Of a DNA stretch of 44,585 nucleotides, positions 1 to 11,697 are shown piece after piece. Location of the stretch: assembly GCA_002269645.1 (NCBI GenBank), contig NIVC01000462.1:1-44585 (forward strand), written 5' to 3'. The translations under genes and the position numbers were made by a program. The first letter of the stretch is position 1. Each line of letters begins with the position of its first letter. The notes under the pieces are model-generated. The model was given only the letters and a program-made list of their open reading frames with translations. It was not told the origin of the DNA and searched no databases. Origin of the DNA: Macrostomum lignano. Taxonomy: Eukaryota.

Positions 1-52
1 CCCTCTGCTGCGCGCCCGCGAAAGCACAACAGCGGCGCGGCAGCGACAGCGG

Positions 53-3000
53 TTGCAGCTGCGGCTGCTCCCTCCACGAAGCCGAAAAACAGCAATAAGG
101 CTGGCGGCGGCCGCGCCGCGCAGTTGGCGGCCGCAAAAGCCCGGGCAGTGCGGCTGGCCCGTTGGCCCGGGTTCGCCTCCGGCGGGTCACCGCCCTGCTG
201 GAAGTGGAGCCCGACCGCGCCTGCAGCTGCGCGTCAAAGCCGCCGCATTCCAGCGCTACCTGGACGAGCGGTTGGCCCGCGACGACCTGCCGGATCAGGA
301 GGACGCGGCCAGCTGCGAAGGCAGCGGCGCCGGCGCCAGCAGCGGCCGCTCCGTCCGCCGTTCTGCCCGACGTCGGGCGCGGCCGACCTACTTCAGCTAC
401 GTGGACAGCTCGGAGGAGGACAACGATGACAACAAAGACAGCGACTTCGAGCTGCACAGGTCCGGCCTTGGCGAGGGCGGCGAGGCTATCGACTCCAGTG
501 ATAAGTGAGCCCCACCTGTTGATTCCGGCTCTCTTAGAGTGGGTCGCTTTCACCAGCTCAAAACTCCGCATCGTATTCATAGAAACGTCTTGTCGGTCAC
601 ATTCAGCAGCTCGAAAACCAAAGCAATCGTAACTCGCACCTAGAGAGGGCAGTTAAAAAAGCAAATAATAGAAACAGCAAACTTTCCAGTCCACACTTCC
701 AGAAATGGTGAAGAGATTAATGGTGAGCTTGTGAAGTTGCGAGCTTGTGAAATGCTCCCCTTAGAGTTCGAATCTGGGATTGAGCCCCGCCTGCCGGTTC
801 CTGCATGCACTTTTTCGATGGGCCTGGGCTTTGTCTTCTAGTGCAGTACACGCCCGTGAGGACCAGTTAACCCCAAGATAGAGAGACTTAATGATTGCTT
901 GTCTATTCATTGCTCTGCGGCAGCAGCTAAGTCCTTGCTACCTGTGCGATGACAAGCACGAAGCACCTGATTCTCCTTGACTCGCCGTTCTAGGAAGCGT
1001 AACCGCTCGTCTTCAAAGCTGCCGGCCTTCAGCCGAAGCCGCCAGGCGGGCAGGTGTCAGTGGCCGACCTGCAAGGATCCGTGTTCCCCTGCCTGCGCTC
1101 CGCCTCCATGCTGGAGGCCTTCAACTACTGCGCCCAGCACGGCCTGGTCATGCAGCTGCACAGCAGGCAGCCGCCCGCCATGACTGACGAAGACGTTATT
1201 GACCTGCTGCTCAGGACTTACCAGTACCAGTGAGCTCTCAGTGTAACCAGCTGACAGACCCTATTCATGGGCGTCTCACACATATCTCATTATAGCTCAC
1301 CGTGGACGCAGCCCATCCTCAATGTGGCAGCCCCCCCCCACCCCCAATATAAGACCACAGCCCAGTCCCCCAATATCAGACCACAGCCCAATTTCCACAA
1401 TATCAAGCCGCAGCCCAGTCCCCCCATATCAGACCACAGCCCAGTTCCCCCAATATCAGGTCGCAGCCCTGCCTCCCCCCCCCAATATCAGGCCGCAGCC
1501 CAGTCTTCCCCCCCCCCAATATCAGGCCGCAGCCCAATCCCCCCCCCAATATCAGGTCGCAGCCCAGTCCCCCCCCCCAATATCAGGTCGCAGCCCAGTC
1601 GTCGTCCCCCGATATCAGGCCGCAGCCCAGTCCCCCCCCCACCCCCAATATCAGGCCGCAGCCCAGTCGTCGTCCCCAATATCAGGCCGCAGCCCAGTCC
1701 CCCCAATATCAGGCCGCAGCCCCCCCCCCCAAAATCAGGCCGCAGCCCAGCCCCCCCCCCAATAACAGGCCGCAGCCCAGTCCCCCACCCCAATATCAGG
1801 CCGCAGCCCTATCCCCCCAATATCAGGCCGCAGCCCTGTCCCCCCAATATCAGGCCGCAGCCCTGTCCCCCCATTATCAGGCCGCAGCCGTCTCTAAGCG
1901 CACCTTCCCCCACAGATCCTGGCTGGACTCGCTGGGCATCGCTGACGCCAGTATCGCCCTAAGCGTGGAGTCCAGCCTCCTCACGGAGATGGAGAAGCTG
2001 TACCATAGCCCTAAGTACGCCCCCACTGGCCACCTGCCGAGCAATTTCTTCGCCTGCGGCCTCTGCCCGCAGCCAAACAACGTGTTCGAGTACTTCTGCG
2101 ACTGGGAGCAGCACTTGTTTCGGGAGCACCGGGCAATCAGGTGAGCCGCTTGACTTCACACTATTGACATGCGATACATTAGCCTAGCAACGGTCTGTTT
2201 ACATTAGGTACCGTCACGCCCCGTCACTTGCCAGGCACTGCATGTGCGTCTTGTGCGACTTCACCTGCGACCGCTTTCTGGGCATGCTGAACCACCTGTA
2301 CCTGTTCCACCCCGACAGCCCGCGAGGCTGCGGGCAGCCGGCCAGTACTGCCTCGTGCCGCAGTCTTTCTGGCGGCCTGAGCAGTGCTGCTTCCTCTGTC
2401 CCACTGCGGCTTTGAGGCTGAGCGCGGCCTCGGAATCCGGCATCACCTGAAAGACTGCGGTCCCGTGTTCGCCATCAAACAGTGCATGCTGTGCAACTTC
2501 AGCGTTGATAACGTCAAGACTTTCCTGGGCCACTTGCAGACGTCGCATGGGACCGCACCGAGGCGCCAGCAGCTGCAGCCGAGGCGGCACGAGACCCTCT
2601 CTGCCGTGGAGATTGCCAGGTTCGGGCTCGGGCGGGCCAGTGGGTCAGGACGGGCAATGGGTCAAGCAGAGGTTTTCTGTCGGAATGGGTCAAGCAGAGG
2701 TATTCTGTCTGGGGATGGGTCAAGCAGAGGTATTCTGTCTGGGGATGGGTCAAGCAGAGGTGCTCTGTCTCTGGATGGGTCAAGCACAGATGCTCTGTCT
2801 CTGGATGGGTCAAGCACAGATGCTCTGTCTCTGGATGGGTCAAGCAGAGGTGCTCTGTCTCTGGATGGCTCAAGCAGAGGTGCTCTCTCTGGGGATGGGT
2901 CAAGCAGAGGTGCTCTCTCTGGGGATGGGTCAAGCAGAGGTGCTCTCTCTGGGGATGGGTCAAGCAGAGGTGCTCTCTCTGGGGATGGGTCAAGCAGAGG

Positions 3001-6000
3001 TGCTCTCTCTGGGGATGGGTCAAGCAGAGGTGCTCTCTCTGGGATGGGTCAAGCAGAGGTGCTCTCTCTGGGGATGGGTCAAGCAGAGGTGCTCTCTCTG
3101 GGGATGGGTCAAGCAGAGGTGCTCTCTCTGGGGATGGGTCAAGCAGAGGTGCTCTCTCTGGGGATGGGTCAAGCAGAGGTGCTCTCTCTGGGGATGGGTC
3201 AAGCAGAGGTGCTCTCTCTGGGGATGGGTCAAGCAGAGGTGCTCTGTCTCTGGATGGGTCAAGCAGAGGTGATCTCTCTGGGGGTGGGTCAAGTTGAGGT
3301 GTTCTGTCTGGGAAAGGGTCAAAGACTATTTCGGAATTCAATACGCACCTGGCCAGCAGTCCACAGATTCTGCCAAATACAACTGAACAACCCGGATTGA
3401 ACCACGCAGATCCAAGGACAGCGAGTTCATCTTCGTCGGTCTGCAAGGTGCGGTCGCCCTACCTGAGCCTAATTGAGGCCCACCTGCAGACTCACCGCTT
3501 CCAGCTGCTGGTGAAGTGCGCCGCCTGCAGCCAGCTGGTTGAGCGCGACTGGCACATCATCAACCGGCACTACCAGGCCGAGCACCCAGGCGCCGCCCCG
3601 GAGGACCACGCCTACATTGAGACCCTAGTCACGTGATCCTGCACTCTACGGGCAACTACATTTGCCCCTACTGCGACTTCGTCAACTCCAGCGTGTGCGA
3701 GTTCAACGCCCACGCCTGCCCAAAGCTGCGCCGCCTCGTGCCCGCGCCGACCGAGGAAACCAAGTGCACCGTGTGCGGGGTCGGTTTCAGCACCACCATC
3801 ACCCAGGTGAGTTCTTGTGTGTCTTGCCTGCCTGCCAGAGTCAGAGAGCCGACAGGCATTCTTTATGAGGCTGGGAAAAAGCCGAGGAGCAGGGGCAGCA
3901 GGGTGACAATGGCTGGGGCAGCAGGGTGACAATGGCAGGGGCAGCAGGGTGACAATGGCAGGGGCAGCCGGGTGGCAATGGCAGGGGCAGCCGGGTGGCA
4001 ATGGCAGGGGCAGCAGGGTGGCAATGGCTGGGGCAGCCGTGGCAATGGCAGGGGCAGCAGGGTGGCAATGGCAGGGGCAGCAGGGTGGCAATGGCAGGGG
4101 CAGCAGGGTGGAAATGGCTGGGGCAGCCGGGTGACAATGGCTGGGGCAGCCGGGTGGCAATGGCTGGGGCAGCCGGGTGGCAATGGCTGGGGCAGCCGGG
4201 TGGCAATGGCTGGGGCAGCCGGGTGGCAATGGCAGGGGCAGCAGGGTGGGGGAATAGGTGGTTCGATTTAAAAGGGCAGCCGCAGTACTGATATTCCCAC
4301 TTTCAAGCTGCCCGACCCTGCCGCCCCACAGGAGGCCATTCACTCGCACCTAGTGAACTTTCACCGCGTCTGCCCGGTGTGCGCCCGCGTGGAGAACACG
4401 GAGCCCGGCGACCCGCGCGACCCCGGCCGCAACTGCGGCTACTGCGAGCAGCTGCTCCACCTGGCCAAGAATGTCAGCGACGCGTCCGCCTGCTACTCGG
4501 ACAAGGAGGTGGCCGCCTTCATGCAGGCCAAGCACCACTCCCTGCAGCTCGTGCCCACCCAGCATCTGCACCTGCCCAATGGCGCCATGCAGAGGCAGGC
4601 CTCCACCGATCTGTTCCGCCCCTCCCGCTGCAACTGGCAGTGCCGCCTCTGCGACACCTCGTTTCCCGACATCGACTCCTTCTCCAAGCTGTTCGCCCTG
4701 TCCAACCACCTGCTGAAGAAGCACCGCCTGGTGCCCCTGTTCGCCTGCCCCAAGTGCTGCCACCGCTTCTCCTCCGAGGTGCTCACCACCACCCACATCC
4801 AGCGCAGCCACCCGGGCAAGCATGTGGTCCCGGTATTCCTGGTTGAGGAGTCCAACTTCTTCCGGCCCGTCAGCGTCACCACGGTGTTCGCCTCCGACGG
4901 CAGCGTGGTGGACGTGTGCCGACCGCCCAACCTGGGCCAGACCCTGCACAACCGGTACAAGACGCAGCAGGTGAGAGTGCAGCTCCGGTTTCCTCATAAA
5001 GACTTACTGTGATTAGGAAGGCCGGTCATTCCGTTAGCTTTCCGCCCCACCCCTCTCCTTCGGCAGGACCCCGCTGCCGCCAGCGGCCTGTCGTCCACAC
5101 CCAGCAGCAGCGGCAGCGCCGGCCGCCTGCGGGAAATCGCTGCCCGGCCCTCTGCGCCAGTCCGAACTGACAGCCAGGAGTTGCGCTACCATTGCGCCAA
5201 GTGCCGGCGCAAGACCTACTCGGTGTTCAACGTGGAGTACCACGTGAAGGACAGCCACCCAGAGGCGCTGGCCTACCGCTGCCCCATCGCTGGATGCGGC
5301 CGCCGCTTCACAGACAGTGAGTATCGCCGACACCTGGACTTCTCCTACGGTGTGCACTCCCAGAGGGAGCTCGAGGCCGCCTCCGCCGCCCACTTGGCCG
5401 ATGCGAACCGGAAACGCTTCGTCTGCGGCATCTGCTGGCAGTTCACCGGCGACTCCGTGCTGGTTGTGCTGCTGCACAGCGAGGCCCTGCACCAGCAGCG
5501 ATTCGCCCACGTCCGCTGTCCTGTCTGCGAGTTCCTCATCTGCGCCGGCTGCTCATCGCTGCAAGCTCACCTGCATAGCGAGCACCCCACTCTGCTACCG
5601 CTGGTGAGTTTGGGGTTGCAGTGGCTGGTGGCCTGGATCAGAGCCTTGATTAGAGGGCATTGATTGGAATTGCTAGTGGCCTGGATCGGAGCCTTGATTA
5701 GAGGGCGTTGATAGGAATTGCTAGTGCCCTGGATCGGAGGGCATTGATAGGAATTGCTAGTGGCCTGGATCGGAGGGCGTTGATAGGAATTGCTAGTGGC
5801 CTAGATCGGAGGGCGTGATAGGAATTGCTAGTGGCCTGGATCGGAGGGCGTGGATAGGAATTGCTAGTGGCCTGGATCGGAGCCTTGATTAGAGGGCGTG
5901 GATAGGAATTGCTAGTGACCTGGATCGGAGCCTTGATTAGAGGGCGTGGATAGGAATTGCTAGTGGCCTGGATCGGAGCCTTGATTAGAGGGCGTGGATA

Positions 6001-7731
6001 GGAATTGCTAGTGGCCTGGATCGGAGCCTTGATTAGAGGGCGTGGATAGGAATTGCTAGTGGCCTGGATCGAAGCCTTGATTAGAGGGCGTGGATAGGAA
6101 TTGCTAGTGGCCTGGATCGGAGCCTTGATTAGAGGGCGTGGATAGGAATTGCTAGTGGCCTGGATCGGAGCCTTGATTAGAGGGCGTGGATAGGAATTGC
6201 TAGTGGCCTGGATCGGAGCCTTGATTAGAGGGCGTGGATAGGAATTGCTAGTGGCCTGGATCGAAGCCTTGATTAGAGGGCGTGGATAGGAATTGCTAGT
6301 GGCCTGGATCGGAGCCTTGATTAGAGGGCGTGGATAGGAATTGCTAGTGGCCTGGATCGGAGCCTTGATTAGAGGGCGTGGATAGGAATTGCTAGTTGAA
6401 TTGGAGAGTCTGGATTGCAGTAGTTCCGCAACGTTGCCCGCAGGTGAAAGACGGCTCGGTACCGCTCGCGCTGGAGCAGGAGGGCGGCCAGCTGGCGGTG
6501 CCGATCCGCCTGCCGAACCGGCCGAACAGCCCGGCTGAAGCGGTCGGCTCGTTCAGCTGCAAGCTGTGCGGCGTGTCTGTGGAGTCGGCGATGACCGTGG
6601 CGCAGCACTGGGCCGCCGAGCACCCGCAGGCAAAGCCGCCATTCGGCTGCCCGGTCTGCCCCCGCACCTGGTTTGTTCTGCGCGAGCAGGCCGAGGCCCA
6701 CCTAAAGGAGGCGCACTCCACCGATGCGAGCGTGGCTGCCGCAGCCGTCGACTGCGGCCAAGCTGTCTGCGACGCCCCCGGCTGCAATTTCAGCAAAGTC
6801 TGCCAGCTGGAAGAGGCGGTCGGCCATCTGCTGCGCTGTCACTCGGCGGCAGGGGCCGACCAGCTCACCCTGGCCTGCCCGCTGTGCTCGCACATGCGCA
6901 TGTCCTCGCTTGACCTGGCCAAGGCGCATCGGCGCATCGACCATGCCGGCGTGCCGCCCGACCTGATGCCGATGCCCCGGCTTAGCGGCCGGACCGCCAA
7001 GCTGATGCGCATTGAGGTGAGTGATTGCTCTGGCTGTGCTGCTTGCCGGCCTATCCTGACAGCTAATCACTTTTTGCCTTTGCTTCCCGCAGCCGGTGCC
7101 GCAGGCCGCTTCCGTTTCAGCAGCCGCCACTTCCGAGGCGGCTGCTTCTATCGCGCCCGCATCCGCTGCCGCAACTGCCGCGGCACCCGCTCGACAGGCA
7201 TCGCCGCCGCTGCCGGAGGGCGGCGGGTCTCACCAAGAGCCGCCTGCCCCGGCGTCTGAGGAGCCGCAGCCGCCCGAGCTGCAACCGCAGGTGACTTCGG
7301 TGAGAACTGAGCCGACGCCAACGCCAACGCCGACGCCAACGACGGAGCCGCAGGAGCCGCGCAGCGAGGCGGAGATGCAGAGAGAGATCGAGTCGCGAGG
7401 TCTGATCTTCGTGCCATCGTGCGACGTCCGCCTGATGGAGCCGCTCTACCCCGGCTGCGACCCCTTGAACCCGACGTCGGCCGACCTCGCCGAGGCCTTC
7501 CGCGTGCTTCGCGTCTTGCCGCCCTCGGCACCCGCAACTGCCGGGGCGACCACCAACTTTGTGACTACGGCGGCCGGGCGTCAGGCGGGTGCTGCGGCGA
7601 CCGCCCAGCTATTCGCCCTGCCGCAGGGTGGCGGCCGCGGCATCCCAGGCGGGGCGGAGCAGTCGGGCACGATGCCCTACCCGCCGGGCTACTTCGCGCA
7701 AGGAGGCGGGGGCGTCAGACGACAGCGATAA
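53..7731 (+). CDS. Multi-exon C2H2/C2HC zinc-finger protein (~18-19 dispersed fingers, acidic N-terminal region, Ala/Pro/Thr-rich C-terminal tail); 5' end probably upstream of the window. Exons: <53-504, 994-1229, 1916-2140, 2235-2619, 3410-3806, 4332-4970, 5067-5603, 6444-7016, 7093-7731
   Basis: GT-AG junctions with matching phases at all 8 introns (the 2620 donor GTTCGG is weak). Repeated CxxC...H-x3-5-H motifs, e.g. CGLC..HLFREH, CMLC..HLQTSH, CRLC..HLLKKH, CPKC..HIQRSH, CAKC..HVKDSH, CKLC..HWAAEH, CPLC..HRRIDH. Exons 1, 2, 4 and 5 need small indel corrections (see findings); exons 3 and 6-9 are open. Confidence 0.8.
1323..1887. repeat. C-rich minisatellite, ~26-30 bp unit (CCCCAATATCAGGCCGCAGCCCAGT), intron 2 of the zinc-finger gene
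   Basis: Tandem units visible; explains the Pro-rich ORFs 1267..1962, 1322..1765 and 1488..1793. Confidence 0.93.
2657..3322. repeat. 30-bp minisatellite (GGGATGGGTCAAGCAGAGGTGCTCTCTCTG), intron 4 of the zinc-finger gene
   Basis: About 22 tandem units; gives 10-aa periodic ORFs in several frames. Confidence 0.95.
3886..4249. repeat. 23-bp minisatellite (GGCAATGGCAGGGGCAGCAGGGT), intron 5 of the zinc-finger gene
   Basis: Tandem units between the donor at 3807 and the acceptor at 4331. Confidence 0.93.
5624..6396. repeat. 48-bp minisatellite (GCCTGGATCGGAGCCTTGATTAGAGGGCGTGGATAGGAATTGCTAGTG), intron 7 of the zinc-finger gene
   Basis: 48-nt period checked (AGCCTTGATT at 5881 and 5929); some shorter deletion units near the 5' end. 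Confidence 0.95.
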
Positions 7732-9616
7732 ACTTCTTTTGAGTCTGTGCTCATGTTGTCCCAAACAGAATCAGCTGACAAGGTATTATCTATTAGTTTA
7801 TAAACTGAAGTACTTTTCTTCTATGCTCTTCTAACTTAAATACTGTTTACATTTTAGTGTCTCTTCGATTGCTTTCTGCAGCTTCATATTTCTCTATAAA
7901 ATGGATCGTAACCGTTTATAGTTCAAAAACTGCATCCCATTCTGAACTTACTTATGTCCTTAATTTTCCACTTTGTGAATAACATTGTGACTTTTTCGGC
8001 TTAGTTCGCACCAAGTAAGCGCGCAATTCTGTCTAACGTGTTTTTGAATTGTCTTATTATGCAACCATTGTGCTGTAATTTGCTTTTATTTACAATACAG
8101 TTACTATCATCTGAATGTTTCTGTGAAATCCACTGATGAACTGTGAATATTTCTTCTTTGTTGTTACTCAATTTTATTTGTTTTATTTCTGCTGTGAAGC
8201 AAAGTCTGATCGTTAATTTGCATTTTCGATATGGAGGCCACAAAAGTAGTTGAAGCTTACATAAATACTGCAGCAACCATAAGTATTTTAGGTGTTCGGC
8301 CTGTAACTACACAACTCTTTCCTGCTCGACTCTAACTTCAATTGAGGAGCAGCGAAAAAGTTCATGCAGCAAAAATGTTAATACCAGTTTTTTAAGCCTC
8401 TGGTAGCTTCCGTTTAAATTGGTTTATTAAGCGTAGTTCTTGTTCGATGTCTATTATAAATTCTCAATACGGCAATAATCGATGGCATTAAAAGTAAATA
8501 GCTCTAAACGTCTAAATATGTCTAAATTGAAAATATTCGACGCATTAACCAAAATAGGTTGTCAGGAATCCGATATATTTCGGCGACATACCGAGTAAGA
8601 TAGCCATCATCAGTCCACAATAATTGTAGAAAAAGAGTATCAAAAGCTTTTTAATGTTAAGAAAACCCAAGGAAAGAAAAAACGAGGGAGAGAATCATTA
8701 CAAATTTGTTTACAAAGCGTACGTCACGTGGGCATTAACTTTTCGTGCAATATGTAATGTACTTTTAAACGATAGATACATAGAGAGCGAGAGAGAGAAT
8801 CATTAAGATTCGTTTAAAATGGAAAATTTCGCTAATGTCGCCGAAATGGAAGTGTTTACCACACTTTTTACTTCGTTATCAGCATCTATATTTTAAAACA
8901 AATTCTAGCTTGGCCTTTGGGACTTAAAGTTGTCTTTACTAAATAAACTATCTTTACTTATTTATCTATCTCCTTTCTTTTTTCTTTGTAAGAACTTTGT
9001 AATATATAATAAGAACAAATCTAAGAAGCAGTTCTATTATCGCGGTCGATTTAAACTGTATTTACTCCGACTACCGACGGTCGCGTATCCCTAGCTTTTC
9101 AATAAGAAAAATTCGAAATTCATACACGTCGAGTCATAACCCACCCCCTACAACAAATCCCAAATGGATCCTAGGAATGATCGGGTTTTGATTGATTGAC
9201 AGAAGTCACTCTGTTTTGCTGATCAGTGGGTTCTTTAAAAATGAAGAGAGACAGCCACTGCGAGGAAAGCTTACAGCTGGCTGCTCAGAGTGATGTATGG
9301 TTAAATTGTCATAAAACTGGTTCAGCCTTGAAAAAGAAGCTAAGTTAAGCAATAGAAGTTCATATTGCAACTAGGCAACTGGCCCATGGCTCGTTCATCG
9401 AAAATGATTCATTTTAAAATGTGTTATTCACTAAAATTTATTTATAAAACTTAATATTTTTTACTTCATTATTAGGTTTATAGGTACTATACTATTTTAA
9501 ATTTGTATTCTAGATTTTAATTGCCATAACAACTTTTGAGCCTTTTTTCTTGTTCTATAAACCTAATAATCTAATAAATTCTTTTTTCAAAGTATATAAT
9601 ATAGGCTTATACAAAG

Positions 9617-10351
9617 GGTACCTGTCCATTTCAGCGACAAACCATTTTGGCAACACCCATTTTGGCGACAGGTCAATTCGGTAACAACCATTTTGGCCAC
9701 AAATATGATAGAAAAATTACAAGTATCCATGGTACAGTGAACAGTGAACCCCCAGCTGACATGACCCCCCCCCCATTCGGGAAACGAGGCCAGCAGTACG
9801 TGCAAGGCAGGAAGCCTTTCTTCCACCTCTGGGTGGAGTACAAAGCTGGCACCATAACTCTTGAGGCATTGCTGCTTGCATGCAATGGCATGAATGCCCC
9901 CGTGGAAGAGTAAACATCGTACAAGAATTGTAATTCAAATGGACTAATGTTTAAAGTCCTCTTTAAAGCTTTTTTTCTCATGTTTTCTTAAGAACATTAA
10001 TTTCTTATTGTAATTCATTTGTTTTACCATAGGCCTACTTTTGGTGTCCAAGCGTCCATCAGTGTCCAGGTTTAATACTGTCAACGCATTGATTAATTTT
10101 TACATTTAAAAATTGTTTTAACATAATTTTAACAAAGCTTGTAAAATTTAATGTATAACTTGTTTTAACAACATTTAAACAAAGGTTGTAAATTTGTGTA
10201 AGTTCTGAAATTTTTTGTTGCTTTGAGATAAAAATACATAGTACATTCAAAATCCTATTTAAGAATTGTCGCCAAAATGGTTGTTGCCAAATTGACCTGT
10301 CGCCGAAATAGGTTTTGCCAAAATGGTTTGTCACTGAAATGGACTGGATTC
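9617..10351. mobile_element. Non-autonomous TIR DNA transposon (735 bp; MULE- or hAT-like) with ~85-bp imperfect TIRs and an 8-bp TSD
   Basis: 9617-~9702 (..GTCCATTTCAGCGACAAACCATTTTGGCAAC..) is the reverse complement of ~10265-10351. ATACAAAG is directly repeated at 9609-9616 and 10352-10359. An internal fragment to 9913 (FFHLWVEYKAGTITLEALLLAC) resembles a MULE-type transposase C-terminus (my recollection, unverified). Confidence 0.8.
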
Positions 10352-11356
10352 ATACAAAGTATATAAGTGGATATCAATGCTATGGTCCAATGGTCCTTGT
10401 ATTTGTATAGAGTAACAAACTTAAAAATATAGTGCTTTTGCAAGTGTATTGAAAAAAGACAATTATAAAAAGAGGTATTTTAAATAATTTTTCTTTGCTA
10501 AAAATAAGGAAAAAAATAAGCTTCTGAGTATAAAGTTTAATTTTTTTCATTACTCCATGTTCTCCATAGTTTAGATCATGGCAGGTATATGCCAGAATCA
10601 AAATTCATCTTTTTTAAAATTTATGCTAATGTATTTATTAAATTTTATAAATATTTTTTTAGTTTCAAATCATTTTTAAAAGAGCTTTAACTGGTTGATA
10701 GGCCTATTAACTACACAATTACATTAGCCTTGACATGGCAAGGCCCCAACTGTATATACTTCATGTTGAACCTAAAAATTCTATATGCCAAATGTTATCC
10801 AAGATTGTTAGCAAAAGCAAAAATATACTAGAATTTTTTGGCATAAAGGCCACCTTCTGGACTATGGCATGTTCTATATTGATGGTATTGCATAGGCCTA
10901 CAGAGTATTTTACATAAAGACAAAGTTACTTCAATTGATCCTAACATATATGCAAACATACCATAGATGCAAGCCAAAAATTTCCCCCTATGTTATGTGT
11001 GCTGGGATTTATGCTAATGTATGCTAAAAATGGCAAATACCCTTGTAAGTTGTATGCCAGGAAATCTTGACATAAATGTTGCCTTCCAAACTATGGATTT
11101 TAATAGGATTATTTAAAGCAAACATTTTTAAGCCTTCATTTTTTTACTTTTTTAGGACTTGCCTTTTTAATATATTTTCTAGATTATAATCATTTTTCTG
11201 ATAAGATGTTTTGGTGATTGTTGTTTTGGTTATAATAAAAAGACCCTTTTGGTTACAGCCATTGTGGTTTTATATAAAATTATCTTGCCAATCTTAAGTG
11301 ATATAAAAACTAAAATTTAAGAAAGCTTAATATCAACATTTGAATATGATTGCAAT

Positions 11357-11413
11357 TTCTAACAACTTCAACGCGTTTTGCATGCCATGTGCATCGTCAG
11401 GATTTTATTAGAA
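11357..11413 (-). ncRNA. Type I hammerhead ribozyme fold in the PLE 3' region (left arm), with G12>A
   Basis: Sense sequence TTCTAATAAAATC-CTGACGA-TGCACATGGCATGC-AAAA-CGCG-TT-GAAGTTGTTAGAA: CUGANGA core, short stem II, palindromic stem III, and stem I pairing at 11 of 13 positions. Confidence 0.7.
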
Positions 11414-11697
11414 CGATTTGAGAAATTGAGAGTGAAAGCGATTGATTAAATATTGGTTTTTGCAACGTACACAGGTAAGTAGGGTAAGATTGAAAACAAT
11501 TGATTACAACTTGGCTTTAACAACATACATAGGTATAGTAGGTAGGAGAGAGAATTATAGATTGAGATTGAAAGTTAAACCAAATGTACACAATTCTTGT
11601 CCAGTGGTCAAAAGGCAGAATCAGGGGCGGTAGCTAGCTTAGGTAATTGAACGTCAAGCTAAGTGTACACAGCGTGCATGACTATGTCACTCACTGT

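Noticed and set aside
158-3625. Programmed ribosomal frameshifting in the zinc-finger gene
   Set aside because: Too many sites, no slippery heptamers, and nearly all are one base short in homopolymers; error is more parsimonious.
4350-4997. Long antisense or alternative-frame ORFs over GC-rich exons (also 16679..17320, 18003..18713, 27658..28458, 30652..31473)
   Set aside because: Expected shadows of high-GC3 coding sequence; they overlap well-supported plus-strand genes.
5624-6396. CRISPR-like appearance of the 30-56 bp arrays (also 30057-30630 and 31373-31937)
   Set aside because: Units are head-to-tail with no unique spacers, there are no cas genes, and the context is eukaryotic intron or intergenic DNA.
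8001-8276. 91-aa minus-strand ORF in AT-rich DNA, possible transposase relic
   Set aside because: No motif I can identify, and neighbouring frames are full of stops.
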